The translations under genes were made by a program, and so were the position numbers. Below the pieces are notes generated by a model that saw only the letters and a program-made list of their open reading frames with translations, was not told where the DNA came from and ran no database searches. This document shows, piece after piece, positions 50,730 to 63,419 of a stretch of 64,000 nt of DNA. The first letter of the stretch is position 1. Each line of letters opens with the position of its first letter. Source of the stretch: Torpedo marmorata (Eukaryota); assembly GCA_977017645.1 (NCBI GenBank), contig OZ360232.1, positions 92,628,001-92,692,000 of the forward strand, in the 5' to 3' direction.

Positions 50730-50945
50730 GATATGGGAGTGAAATTAGGCCATTCAGCCCATCGAGTCCTCCCACCATTCCAGCAAGGCTGACTTACTCC
50801 AATTTTCAACCCCATTCTCCTGCCTTCTCCCCATAACACTTGATTCCCTTCCTATCTACCTCCATCTTAAATACACCCAGTGACTTGGCCTCCACAGCCA
50901 TCAGCGGCCACGAATTCCACAGATTCACCACCCTCTGGTTAAAAT
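50730..50945 (-). mobile_element. CR1 LINE 3' end
   Basis: TTAGGCCATTCAGCCCATCGAG..ATTCCACAGATTCACCACCCTCTGG; peptide QRVVNLWNS. Confidence 0.85.
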
Positions 50946-51067
50946 CCTTCAAACATTTACCTCCCTCCTCTTTAAATTCCCCCAGTGATCGGGCCCTCAA
51001 CACCCTCAAGGACAGAATTCCCGAGAACACTGTGGACAAGTGATGCATTGAGAGATGGTCTCCTATC

Positions 51068-52752
51068 CCTACACACCCCATTGTCACTGTAATCCCCTCT
51101 GGTGCCTACACCTCATTGTCACTGTAATCCCCTCTGGTGCCTACACCTCATTGTCACTGTAATCCCCTCCAGTGCCTACACCTCATTGTCACTGTAATCA
51201 CCTCCGGTGCCTACACCTCATTGTCTCTGTAATCCCCTCCGGTGCCTACACCTCATTGTCACTGTAATCCCCTCTGGTGCCTACACCTCATTGTCTCTGT
51301 AATCCCCTCTGGTGCCTACACCTCATTGTCTCTGTAATCCCCTCCGGTGCCTACACCTCATTGTCTCTGTAATCCCCTCCGGAGCCTACACCCCTCATTG
51401 TCTCTGTAATCCCCTCCGGTGCCTACACCTCATTGTCACTGTAATCCCCTCCAGTGCCTACACCTCATTGTCTCTGTAATCCCCTCCAGTGCCTACACCT
51501 CATTGTCTCTGTAATCCCCTCCGGTGCCTACACCTCATTGTCACTGTAATCCCCTCCGGTGCCTACACCTCATTGTCACTGTAATCCCCTCCAGTGCCTA
51601 CACCTCATTGTCTCTGTAATCCCCTCTGGTGCCTACACCTCATTGTCACTGTAATCCCCTCCAGTGCCTACACCTCATTGTCACTGTAATCCCCTCTGGT
51701 GCCTACACCTCATTGTCTCTGTAATCCCCTCCGGTGCCTACACCTCATTGTCTCTGTAATCCCCTCCGGTGCCTACACCTCATTGTCTCTGTAATCCCCT
51801 CCGGAGCCTACACCCCTCATTGTCACTGTAATCCCCTCCGGTGCCTACACCTCATTGTCTCTGTAATCCCCTCTGGTGCCTACACCTCATTGTCACTGTA
51901 ATCCCCTCCAGTGCCTACACCTCATTGTCTCTGTAATCCCCTCCGGTGCCTACACCTCATTGTCACTGTAATCCCCTCTGGTGCCTACACCTCATTGTCT
52001 CTGTAATCCCCTCCGGTGCCTACACCTCATTGTCTCTGTAATCCCCTCCGGTGCCTACACCTCATTGTCACTGTAATCCCCTCCGGTGCCTACACCTCAT
52101 TGTCACTGTAATCCCCTCTGGTGCCTACACCTCATTGTCTCTGTAATCCCCTCCGGTGCCTACACCCCTCATTGTCACTGTAATCCCCTCCGGTGCCTAC
52201 ACCTCATTGTCACTGTAATCCCCTCCAGTGCCTACACCCCCCATTGTCACTGTAATCCCCTCCGGTGCCTACACCCCTCATTGTCTCTGTAATCCCCTCC
52301 GGTGCCTACACCCCTCATTGTCTCTGTAATCCCCTCCGGTGCCTACACCTCATTGTCATTGTAATCCCCTCCGGTGCCTACACCTCATTGTCACTGTAAT
52401 CCCCTCCGGTGCCTACACCTCATTGTCACTGTAATCCCCTCCGGTGCCTACACCTCATTGTCACTGTAATCCCCTCCGGTGCCTACACCTCATTGTCACT
52501 GTAATCCCCTCCAGTGCCTACACCTCATTGTCACTGTAATCCCCTCTGGTGCCTACACCTCATTGTCACTGTAATCCCCTCCAGTGCCTACACCTCATTG
52601 TCACTGTAATCCCCTCCGGTGCCTATGCCCCTCATTGTCTCTGTAATCCCCTCCGGTGCCTACACCTCATTGTCACTGTAATCCCCTCCGGTGCCTACAC
52701 CCCTCATTGTCTCTGTAATCCCCTCCGGTGCCTATGCCCCTCATTGTCACTC
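51068..52752. repeat. 35-bp minisatellite, about 48 units (with 37-bp variants)
   Basis: Unit CCTACACCTCATTGTCWCTGTAATCCCCTCYRGTG, head-to-tail with no spacers. Copy number estimated from array length divided by 35. Confidence 0.97.
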
Positions 52753-52789
52753 TAACCTCTTCTGGTTTTATACACCCCTCCCTGTCTCT

Positions 52790-53785
52790 AACATAGATCA
52801 ACATAGAACACTACAGCACAGTACAGGCCCTTCCACCCTCCATGTTGTGCCGACCCATATATCCCTCAAAAAAAAAGTACTAAACCCACCCTACCCCTTA
52901 ACCCTCTATTTTTCTTTCATCCATTTGTCTGTCTAAGAGTCTCTTAAATGCCCCCAATGTTTCAGCCTCCACCACCATCCCTGGCAAGGCATTCCAGGCA
53001 CCCACAACTCTGTGTAAAAAGCTTACCCCTGATGCCTCCCCTAAACTTCCCTCCCTTAACTTTGTACATATGTTCTCTGGTGTTTGCTATTCCTGCCCTG
53101 GGAAACAGGTGCTGGCTGTCCACCCTATCTATGCCTCTCATAATCTTGTAGACCTCTATCAAGTCTCCTCTCATCCTTCTACGCTCCAAAGAGAAAAGTC
53201 CCAGCTCTGCTAACCTTGCCTCATAAGACTTGTTTTCCAATCCAGGCAACATCCTGGTAAATCTCCTCCGCACCCTCTCCATAGCTTCCACATCCTTCCT
53301 ATAATGAGGTGACCAGAACTGAACACAATACTCTAAGTGTGGTCTTACCAGAGATTTGTAGAGTTTCAACATGACCTCTCTACTCCTGAACTTAATCCCC
53401 CTATTAATGAAGCCCAGCATCCCATAGGCCTTCCTAACTATCCTATCAACCTGTGCGGCGACCTTGAGGGATGTATGGATTTGAAACCCAAGGTCCCTCT
53501 GTTCATCCACACTAACCCTGTACTCAGCCTTCTCGTTTGTCCTTCAAAAATGCATCACCTCACACTTATCCGGATTGAACTCCATCTGCCACTTTTCTGC
53601 CCAACTCTGCATCCTGTCTTTATCCTCTTGTAACCTTCGACAACCTTCAGCTCCATCCACAACTCCTCCAACCGTCATGTCATCCGCAAATTTACTGACC
53701 CGCCTCTTCATCCAGGTCATTTATAAAAATCACAAAGAGCAGGGGTCCCAGAACAGATCCTTGTGGTACTCCACTAGTCACCGAC
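52790..53785 (-). mobile_element. CR1 LINE 3' ~1 kb
   Basis: 182-aa ORF ..KAYGMLGFINRGI..LVRPHLEYCVQFWSPHYRKD..RGDLIEVYKIMRG, upstream RT motifs ([14 protein letters not shown]) and an (ACATAGA)n tail. Confidence 0.93.
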
Positions 53786-53974
53786 CTCCAACCACTGACA
53801 GTTCGACACGTCACCCAACCACAAACAACCCACGTCATCCAACCAGTCAACCCACATCACCCAACTGACAACCCATGTCACAATGACAGCCATCATAAAA
53901 CTAAACATGATTGGGAAGTGGTTTGTCCTTTTTGCAACAGGCCAGGGCTGCTTCTGGCATCCTGACGAGAGGTG

Positions 53975-54375
53975 TTCAGAGGCAAACAAGAGAGGCTGCT
54001 GATGCTGGAAAAGTAGCGCAACACACAAAATGCTGGAGGAACAGTGGGTCAGGCAGCATCTGTCGAAGGTGATAAGTCAACGATTCAGGCTGAAATCCTT
54101 CATCACAGCAGGAAGTAAAAAGGCAGACACCATAATAAAAGGGTGGGGGGAGCATGAGCTGGTAGGTGAGAGGGGGTGAGAGAGGGGGAGAGTTGGAAAC
54201 AGAGCAAGAAGCTAGGAGGTGATAGGAGGAAGGGGCAGAAGGCTGAGGACAATAGATCATGGAATGATGGGAAGGATGTGGGGAGCTGGAAGAGGGAAGG
54301 TGTGGGTGACAGGCATGTGGAGAAGGCAGGGGAGGGAAAGGATAAGAAGGAATGGGGACGGAGGGATCAGAGAAA
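53975..54375. mobile_element. Penelope-like element terminal fragment
   Basis: GATGCTGGAA..ACACACAAAATGCTGGAGGAAC..GGTCAGGCAGCATC followed by a purine-rich tract. Similar short remnants lie near 38560-38660, 55270-55360, 55930-56050 and 58385-58700. Confidence 0.6.
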
Positions 54376-57269
54376 GCAAGGGAGAGGGTTAAAAAACAAA
54401 GTGCTTGGTATTGTATGCTGGTTGCTATTTTTCACTTGCAGCTCATCTGATGCCACCTGGGCAGGTCAGATGCGAATACCCTGCAGATTACACCAAGTCC
54501 AATCAGCTGCTGCCCGCTTGCTTCTGCTCCTCTCCCAGAAGGCTATTAGCTGCACTAGACAGACCAGAGTGGCCTGCAAGTCGGAAGGAAGTTCCTTTTC
54601 CTTCTATTTTAGATAAGGTGTCATTCGTGAGAGCTACTTGTTGAATTAATCAGGTTAATTGAGAGACCTGCATGGCAGTCAATGAGCTGATCTTTCCTTC
54701 CTGTCAGGGCTGAGAAGGTGGGGGAAGGGTAAGAATGTTTTGGCTAATTGGCTTAAATTCTCACTCTACAGAACTGGTAGGTTATAACCAGCTTTGTTTG
54801 AATAGCACCTCTCTTCAGATCTGGGAGGACTGCAGATTTTTAAAATTAATTCTTTCCTTGTCCCTGATGAATCTGGGTGCTGGATGCCATTGCAAATCTT
54901 GTCATGATGTACAGCTGGGGATAGACTGGACGAAGGCGATGTCACTGTTGGCTTAATGTTGTCCTTCTGCAGATCACACTCATTGTGAGGGAATGTGTGG
55001 CCTCATGTTCATTGTAATGTAGAGTGATAAGCTTTGTTTTGCATGTTATCCGGGCAAGTCAACTCATACTCAAGTAAAGCAGAGTGTGTGATGATAAAGC
55101 AAAAGTGCAATGTACAGTGTTACGGTAAGTTAATGAGGACAGAATATAGCGTAACAAAGACCAAATGGAGGGTGTAAAGAAACACACAGTTACACAGTGC
55201 AGGGGCATCAAATTCTGGACATCCTGGTCTGTGTGAATGAGTAAGACTCTGTCTTTAGTAACTGCAAATTAACCTCGGTCCCTGAAACATTGATTGCCTT
55301 TTACTTCCTATGGATGTTGCATGACCTGCTGAGTTTCTCCAGCACGTTTGTGTGTTGCAAAGAGACCCTTTACCTCTGATTTAATATGTAACATGCATAC
55401 TCAGGTGGAGAATTGGTGTGAGACATTATATGAAGTGTTATAGGTATCACTATGTTTTAATGGGTCCATGAATACCAACTGTGCTGCATAATTAATGTAA
55501 ATCAACATAGCATGACCTGCACTGCCTCAGAAAGCCTTGATATTGTGTGCAAAGTGCAAATTAAACTGGCAGTATGGTGACCCTGTTAATGGACTAACAG
55601 CTGTAGTAATTTTGATGAGGGCTCAGGTTGAGATTAGTTTGTTTGCGGTTTGGAATCCGAGGGCAAATTACAACACAGCATCAGTCGAGACATTGATGAA
55701 CCTGAATATTTCCTTCAAAAAGACAGCATTGTCGTACATTGAAACTAAAGCCACACCTTTGTGGTAGTTCAATCCAGTAGTTGATCTTGACATGTGAACC
55801 TTGTAGGCTTGGATGATGCTTTGTGGGGAGTATGCATGTTTGACTAACCCCTCTTTCCAACTACTGTTGAGGAGTCACTGGGGTTGCAATCCACAACTCC
55901 AGTTGCAGTGTCCCTTCACAATGAAATACACAGACAAAATCTGCACATGCTGGAATTTGAGCAAACAACGAGACACTGGAAGAACTGAGAAGGTCAGGCA
56001 GCATCCATGGATAGAAATGGTCAGTCAATCTTTCAGGTCGGGACCCGCGAGACTGATTATGCTTAGATGAGTGCTCCATTTAAAATAGCTTCACTTAGTG
56101 TGATTTGGGCAAAAACGGGAAATAAATAACAGCAGTCCTTCTGAGTAAAAATAAGGGAGATTTCTAATATTGATTCAGAGGTCATTGCAGATAGAACAAT
56201 TGCCAGAGTGAGGTAGCATCGCTGAATTAAGGTGGTGATTTGCTTTCAAATGGCTATAATGCTATATTTAGTGATAAGGAGCCCATTTGAGGTGTGATGT
56301 ACAGATCTTGGAGTTATGTTTCCTTTTTGAGGTAGCGACATCTTGCTATCTCATCTATTCCTTAACTTGCTGAGTGAAATCAGGAAGCTGAGTTTGGGGC
56401 TCTTAAACAGACTTTTTATAGATTTTAAATGCTCATTTATGCTGTCAAAAAGGCTTTTTGCTGCTCTGAATATGCAATGTGAAAAGGATTTACAATTTTA
56501 TTGGCGCAAAAAATCGGCACTCATTCTGCCTGGCAAAGAACATTGAAATGTTTTTCTTTATTTCCTCCTCTCTTCTGAAAAGGGTGAGTTTACTTGGGTC
56601 TTGGTAGCCATTTCCCTTCTGAGGGTCCAGATGATGAAGGCTAGACTTTTCGATCATGAGGACACCACTGTCCTTTCCTTACCTCTCGTTGTTTTAGCGA
56701 TCGCTTTGCAGCATATACTATGGTGTAAGGTTATCAACTTGCCCTGAAGATTTTGGGGCCCACCACACAAGAGTTATCAAACAAAACATGAGGCTGGTTG
56801 ATGTAAAGAAGCAGTAGGATCAGAGACCAAATGTGGACGGTTTTAGGGACTTTTGTTAAAGGTGTCCCCGTTAGCCACCTCAGAGCCCAAGGAATGAGAG
56901 TGGAAGTAAGTCCTCCTCAATCCTGAGGGATTGTCCAGGGAAAAAGAGACGATGAAAGTGGAAAAGGAGGCAGAGTGACTGAAAAGTTCAAACTGCCAGC
57001 CGAAGGTATCGCCACTGATAGTTTCCAGATGAAAAATAGCGGTGGTCACTGTGGGTCATCTCGGACAGTTCATGAATGGTAGAGATATTTAGATGGTTGT
57101 GAGTGAGGCTTGGAGTGATTTGGAAGCAAGGAAGTTAATAGGAGTTGGAGACGGACAGTAAATGGTTGAGTGCAAAGGAATGTTGATGAACTGAGGGGGC
57201 ATGGGGTTTAGGTGGATAGTTTCCTGAACATAACAACACAGGTGGATTGGGTGGTGAGTGGGTGAGCAT

Positions 57270-58360
57270 AACAATTGGGTCATTATGTTACAGCTCTATA
57301 AAACTCTCGGTGAGACCACACTTGGAGTATTGTGTTCAGCTCTGGTGGCCTCATTACAGGATGAGGATGCATTGGAGAGGGGGCAGAGGAGATTTACCAG
57401 GATGTTACCTGGATTGGAGAACATGTCATCTGAAGCAAGGTTGACAGAGGTAAGGCTTTTCTCTTTGGAACGATGGAGGATGAGAGGTGACTTAATAGAG
57501 GTCTGTAAGATTGTGAGCGGCTTAGATAGGGTGGATAGCCAGCACCTTTTTCCCGGGGAAACGATACCAAATACAAGAGAACATCTGTTTCAGGTGAATG
57601 GAGGAAAGTTTAGGGGAGATGTTAGAGGTAATTTATTTTTACACAGATAGTGATGCGTGCCTGGAAAAAATTGTCGGAGGTGATTGTGGAAGCTGGTACA
57701 ATAGGAACATTCAAAAGGCTCTTAGACAGGCACATGGATGTAAGAAAAATAGAGGGTTATCGGGATGAATTGGGGAAAATTAAATTGTTGTGGAGTAGGT
57801 CGGCACAACATTGTGGGCTTAAGGGCCAAAGCTGTGCTGTAATGTTCTATGTTCAGGCTGCACCTGAAGTATTGTGCACGGATCTGGCTGTCACACAATA
57901 GGAACGATATGGTTGCACTGGAGAGAGTGCAGAGGAGATTCACCAGGATGTTACCTGGATTGGGGGACTTTAGTTATGGGGAGAGATTGGAGAGGCTGGG
58001 CTTGTTTTCCCTGGAGCCAAGGAGGCTGAGGGGAAACCTGACAGAGGAACATAAGATTTTAAGGGGAGACGGTCAGAATCTTTTTTCCCCATTGCAGGGG
58101 TATCGAGAGCAATGGGAGAGTGTTTTTCAGGGGATTTGAGGGGAAAGTTATTTTTACACAGAGAGCGGTTGATATCTGGAACTCACTGCCAGAGCAAGTG
58201 ATGAAATCAGATGCAATCACTACATTTAGACATGCACTTAAATAGACAAGGCTTAGAAAGATACGGCCCTAATGTGGGCAAATTGGATTTGTGTAGATGA
58301 GTAAAAAGATCAGCGTGAATTGACGGGCTGAAGGGAAAGTATCTGTGTTGTATGAATCTA
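57270..58360 (+). mobile_element. Two tandem CR1 3' fragments (about 57270-57850 and 57850-58360)
   Basis: VRPHLEYCVQLW..RRFTRMLPGLE..FSLERWRMRGDLIEV, then a second ..ALERVQRRFTRMLPGL..GLFSLEPRRLRG. Confidence 0.9.
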
Positions 58361-58474
58361 CAAGGATAAGAATTACAGCATCTAAGCAAAAGCATAAAAT
58401 ACTGGAAAACTCAGTAGTCACGCAGGTCACAGACCCAAAACATTGTTTCCCTTTCCACAGATGCCATCCAACTT

Positions 58475-58645
58475 TGGTAGCATGGTTAGTGTAGTTGTTA
58501 GCGCAATGCAGTTACAGTGCCAGCGACCCGGGTTCGAATCCGCCGCTGTCTGCTAGGAGTTTGTACGTGTGGGGTTTAGGTTAATTGGGTGGCTTGGGTT
58601 TGATGGGCTGGAAGAGCCTTCTACCATGCTGTGTCATTAAATTAA
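58475..58645 (+). mobile_element. Internally deleted V-SINE
   Basis: tRNA-like head GTTAGCGCAA..GACCCGGGTTCGAATCC with the V-domain truncated. Confidence 0.75.
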
Positions 58646-58964
58646 ACTTGCTGAGTCTTTGGAGCATTTTCTATTTGGTTTTCGGTGTCCAGCAGCTGCA
58701 ATTTCTTTTTGATTCTTACGAAATCAAGGCATTGAAGGACTGGATGCTCATGTAGATGGGAGAGGGTAGAGACAGTAGATGAGTTAGGTGCACTATTCTG
58801 CATGCTGGGACCTCATGTGAGGGAAAGAGCTTGGTGCTGCTTAGAATGTAGAAAAAGGGCAGCCACTTGGGCTAGGTATTTGGATAAAGCAACGATAAAT
58901 CCTATGGACACAGGCAAGGCAGAGTTTATCCCAAAGTATGATGTGTCATCCTGGTGCTGTACAA

Positions 58965-59265
58965 GTAGGAGAGTCTAGGACCAGAGGACACAGTCTTCAA
59001 ATAAAAGGATGTGCCTGGAGAACAGAGCTGAGGAGAAATTTCTTCAGCCAGAGGGTGTTGAATCTGTGGAATTCGTTGCTGCAGATGGCTGTGAGGCCAA
59101 GTCATTGGGTAGATTTAAAGCAGAGGTTGATAGGTTCTTGATTAGTAAGGGTGTCAAAGGTCAGGGGGAGTAGGCAGGAGATTGGGGTTGGGAGGAAAAA
59201 TGCAACAGCCACAATTCAAATGGCAGAGCAGATTTGATGGGCTGAATGGCCTAATTCTCCTATTT
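58965..59265 (+). mobile_element. CR1 LINE 3' end (same subfamily as 20925-21575)
   Basis: GAGAGTCTAGGACCAGA..TTCTTCAGCCAGAGGGTG..GGTAGATTTAAAGCAGAGGTTGATAGGTTCTTGAT is shared between the two copies. Confidence 0.88.
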
Positions 59266-59719
59266 ATTTGTGTGTTGAATGCTCATTCAGGTAGGGATTA
59301 AAGATCCCATGACCAAATAGGAGGACAAAAACAGCAAACTGTTTTTGGTTATTTATTCATGCTTTGTGCTCGAGACTTTATTGATAATGCCAGTATTTAG
59401 AGCCCTTGGAAACGCCGTGGTATATTGCCTTTTTGGTTTACTGCAATTCTTCTCAGTAAGGGCCTCTCACAGTGTTGTTGGGGAAAGGAGTTCCAGGAAT
59501 TATATCCAGCACCGACCGATGAAGGAATGATAACATATTTGCATATGAAGAAGGGAACATGCAAGTGTTGATGTTCCTTTGTGCCTTCTGCCTCTGTCCG
59601 TTGATGGTGATTGTGGGTTTGGGTGATGTTGTCGAGCATCTGGGCAAGTATTTTAAGTGCATTTTGTAATGTCTGGACTGTCCCTTGTCCAATGCTGCTA
59701 TGCTGCTTTATCAGTCATA

Positions 59720-60300
59720 ATTAGCATAGTGGTTAGCACAACGCTATTACAGCGCCAGCGACCAGGTGACGTGTGTAGATTTTCACCGGGTGCTCTGGGG
59801 TTGGTAGGTTAATTGGGTGTAATTGGGCGGCATGGGTTTCATGGACTGGAAGGGCCTTCTACCCTGCTCTATCGTTTAAAAAATATCATTTTCAGTGCTT
59901 TTTGTAGGATCCACATCTGAAAAATTGTGTGCTGTAACTGGCTCAGTGGATAGAGCCTCTACCTCATACCGTTCAAGATCCAGGTTCAATCTTGACCCCG
60001 GGTGCAGTCTGCGTGGAGCTTGCCACGTTTTCCCCATGACCGCATGGGTTTCGTCTGAGCGCTCCGGTTTCCTCCCACATTCCCCCCCCCCACTCCAAAG
60101 AAAAGTGCAGATCCCTCGGTTTATTGGCCACAGTGAATTTCCCCTGGTGTGAAAGTGAAGGAGTAAACTTGGGGAGGGTGGGTGATGGGAATATTGGGAG
60201 AATAAAATGGGTTCGGGTAGGATGGGTGAAAAATGGGTGGCTGATGGTCAGCACAGACTTGATGGGCTGAAGGGCCTATTTCCATGCTATATGACTCTCT
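59720..60300 (+). mobile_element. Two V-SINEs (about 59720-59880, deleted copy; about 59935-60300)
   Basis: GGTTAGCACAACGCTATTACAGCGCCAGCGACC head. The second copy has GCTCAGTGG A-box, GGTTCAATC B-box, a V-domain and a CR1-like tail. Confidence 0.8.
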
Positions 60301-62069
60301 GACTTCCGGTTGTCCCCTTGAACTTGCCTCCTGCACAGTGCTTTGAAGAGTAGAGGTGCTATATAAATGCAGTTCCTTTTGTTGCAGAAGGGTGAAAGGG
60401 ACACGAACTGGATGAATTTGGTGAATGAGAGGCAGAAAGAACACTGATCTGGAAAGGTTCATTCTTCTGGGGCCTGAGCATGAGCTCTTCTGAGAGGGAG
60501 AAAGCTACATGTCAGTTAATTTAAACAAGATTTCCTCTGAGTCGTTTTGGAACTTAAATGAAAGATTTAAATTGTATCAGCAAACTGACTCTTGCTGCTA
60601 GTCTCAGGAAAGAGTTCCGTTTGTGAATTATTTTCTTTAGCACTTGGGGATCAGGGAAACTGTTAGTTTTCAAATTGGAACCATCTGTACTCCTCTCAGC
60701 AACCAGAGGGGGAACTGAAAAAGAAAGTAACACGTCTATAATCCAACCCCCAGCTCTCCAGTTGGTTTTAACAATGAATCTGGAGCTTGGATGTTTGGTC
60801 TACCACAACTGGCAAGACTGAAAAATATCAAGGGTGTAAAAATAAATAAAGAAATTAAGTTGATTTGAATATGTAGAATAGTAACAGGCCTTTCGGCCCA
60901 TCAGCTTCATACCTGTGTCTATGCTCCACATGCTTGTATTTACCTCACTACATTATCCACCCTTGTCCACTCATCCAGCCTTCCCTCACAGTTGGCCTCG
61001 CTATTTCATTTAGCACTTGAAATTGGAAATAGGTTCAACACTCTAACCTAAAGAGGTGAAGGGTGTTTGTCATGAGTTTGTTCATGACTTGATTCCACAC
61101 ACACACACGCACACGCACACACACAAACCACCCCCACCCCCCTTATATATGGTGTCAGTGCCCTTTAAAAGGTGGAGCCTGCACAAGCATCCATAGCTTT
61201 GCCTCCTGCGAGTTACTCTGGGGTGTTTGGAAATCAAATGTTAATCTTGAGGGCATGGTTGTGAATATTTTTTTCCTCCATCTTTCTATGAGTCATATAG
61301 TTTCTTGTTATCCCTGATTGGTTATGAGGAGACAATGAGATCTGGCTGGAGATGTCATACAATATCATTCAGTGTCCATTCAATGGACCTTCTGGGCCTG
61401 ACTCTCAGAACCAATTAAGAGGTGTGTTTCCCCTTGGAAGCAGTGAGTCCATGATGGTGGCATTGGAGGGAGAACTGTATGTCTACTGACTCTTGGTACT
61501 CCTACTGGGGTAGACGTGCCTCAAACAATACCTCCAGCCAATACATCAAGCAGCAGCTTTTTCTATTTTATTCCTCTCCCTCCCCCCCCCTCGCCAGCCC
61601 CCTTATTTTTATTTCACTTCCTGTCATATAGGTCGAGGCAGGGTGACCCCTGCATCGCGGCAAGGTTGCTGAATTATTCATGCAATTGACTTTGTGTCAG
61701 CGTACACATTTGTGCAGAGGGATGTTTTATTCATTTGTCTCATTTAAAGGCCTTCCCTGCACCTGTTCTACCACTAAGTACCCAGTGATTTGCATTTGAT
61801 GCTAATTTAGTTACAGTATCAGACTGATTTCCCTCTTAATTTCATTTTCAAACTACACTCTCAGTACAGTTTAGTAAACAACAGATTTGCCTTATTTTGT
61901 TGTTGTTGTATTTATCAGTTGGTAAGGGAAATCCGGAATTTTAGTGACTTGTATTTTACATTCACATGTGTACTTTCACCCTGGTAACATTATAACTGTC
62001 TTTTCTTTTGCACAATGTGGCTGTCTGTGTTTAAAAATAATGACTTCATAACGCAGAGCACTAAAGTTC

Positions 62070-62190
62070 TTTTCCATCTTCTTCTTTTCCTTCTCTTCTT
62101 CCTCTTTTTTCTCTTCCTCCCTTTTCCTCTTCTTTTTTCTCTTCTCTTCCTCCTTTTCCTTTTCCTGATCTTCCTCCTCTTCTTCTCTTG
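62070..62190. repeat. (CTT/CT)-rich polypyrimidine simple repeat
   Basis: Directly visible. Confidence 0.9.
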
Positions 62191-62354
62191 TTCATTGGGC
62201 ATGAGGATGACTTACTTACACTCCACTTCTGTGGATCCTGGTGAAGTCTTTGTGGAATTTGCAGACTCTTCAACATGCAGGATATTTAGGTACATTTTGG
62301 GGTACCTGGCTGGGCTCCCTGTGATGGCGTGCACCCTTCCATCAGTAGCATTCA

Positions 62355-62635
62355 CCTGTTAGGCCACACTTGGAGTATTGAGTGCACTTCTGGTCACTGC
62401 ATTACAGGAAGGATATGGAGGCTTTGGAAAGACTGCAGTAGAGAGGTTCACCAGGATGTTACCGGGATTTGACAATATTAACTATAAGGAGAGGTTGGAT
62501 AAACTTGGATCATCTTCTCTGGAGCACTGGAGGCTGGCAGGTGACCTGATAAGAGTTTATATTTAAAAAAAGAGAGGCATTGGTAAGGTAGCCAGTCAGA
62601 AATTTTATCCCAGGCTAAAGATGTCAAATACTGGC
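62355..62635 (+). mobile_element. CR1 fragment
   Basis: GTTAGGCCACACTTGGAGTATTG..ERFTRMLPGF..YKERLDKLG..SLE. Confidence 0.82.
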
Positions 62636-62959
62636 TTGTTTCCTGGTTTGGAAACTTGCATGATCAGGAATGCAGAAGGCTGCAGAAAGTGGAAAACCTC
62701 GCCAAGTCCATCACAGGCAACCAGCATCATAATGGTTTAAGAGAGGAGTTTTCCCACAGCTATCAGGCTCTCCAACCTCCCCATATTAGTTGCATGCTGC
62801 CTTGTGATGAATATGTATATTAAAAGCCTGTACCATGCCTCCAGTTACATTACTCCATAAAACTCTCTCAGAATACTCGGAATGTCATGTTCTTTTCACA
62901 CGAGGACGGGCCAGATATTTTGTGCCATTTAAAACAAAGAAGGCATTTCTGCTTCACTG

Positions 62960-63280
62960 CTCAGTCTGAAGACTTGAAATCCAGCACCTCTAGGTTCAAA
63001 AACAGTTTTTTTTTCTCCAACATCTATCAGGCTCTTGAACCTCTCATCCTACCTTAATCATTAATTATTCCAGAACCACCAAAGATCTATCCACACTATT
63101 GTAATATCATCTTTTTACACTATCTGTAATGATGAATATTTATCTATCCTTTTGAATTTATAATTTTACTTCTCTCTTGTTTGTTAATTTAATTTATACT
63201 TATTGTTAGTTCCTGTGTAGCCGCATCAAGCAAGAATTTTGGTGCATTGTAATTAGTATATGAAAATAAACTTCTCATTC
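62960..63280 (+). mobile_element. Rex1-type 3' end
   Basis: AAATCCAGCACCTCTAGGTTCAAAAACAG..CTATCAGGCTCTTGAAC..CAAGAATTTTGGTGCA..AAAATAAAC. Confidence 0.72.
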
Positions 63281-63419
63281 TCATACTGGAGTGGGAGCAG
63301 GGAGTTTAAAGGAGATTTATAAGGCAAGTTTTTCTGCACAGGGACTGAAGGGCATGTTTCTGTGCTATATTGTTCAATATTCCTTTCTGCCATAGTAAGG
63401 GCTTTAGGTGGTCAGTGGC

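Noticed and set aside
51068-52752. CRISPR-like array (35-37 bp periodicity)
   Set aside because: Units are contiguous with no unique spacers, there are no cas genes, and the context is a vertebrate intron. It is a minisatellite, and its PHCHCNPL ORFs are translation artefacts.
58475-58560. tRNA genes (A/B-box sequences here and at about 37770, 24060 and 59720)
   Set aside because: These are tRNA-derived SINE heads that run into V-domains. No complete cloverleaf is evident.
61990-62362. Lys/Arg-rich protamine-like ORF and Phe/Leu-rich ORF
   Set aside because: Translations of a CT-rich simple repeat, with no supporting gene structure.
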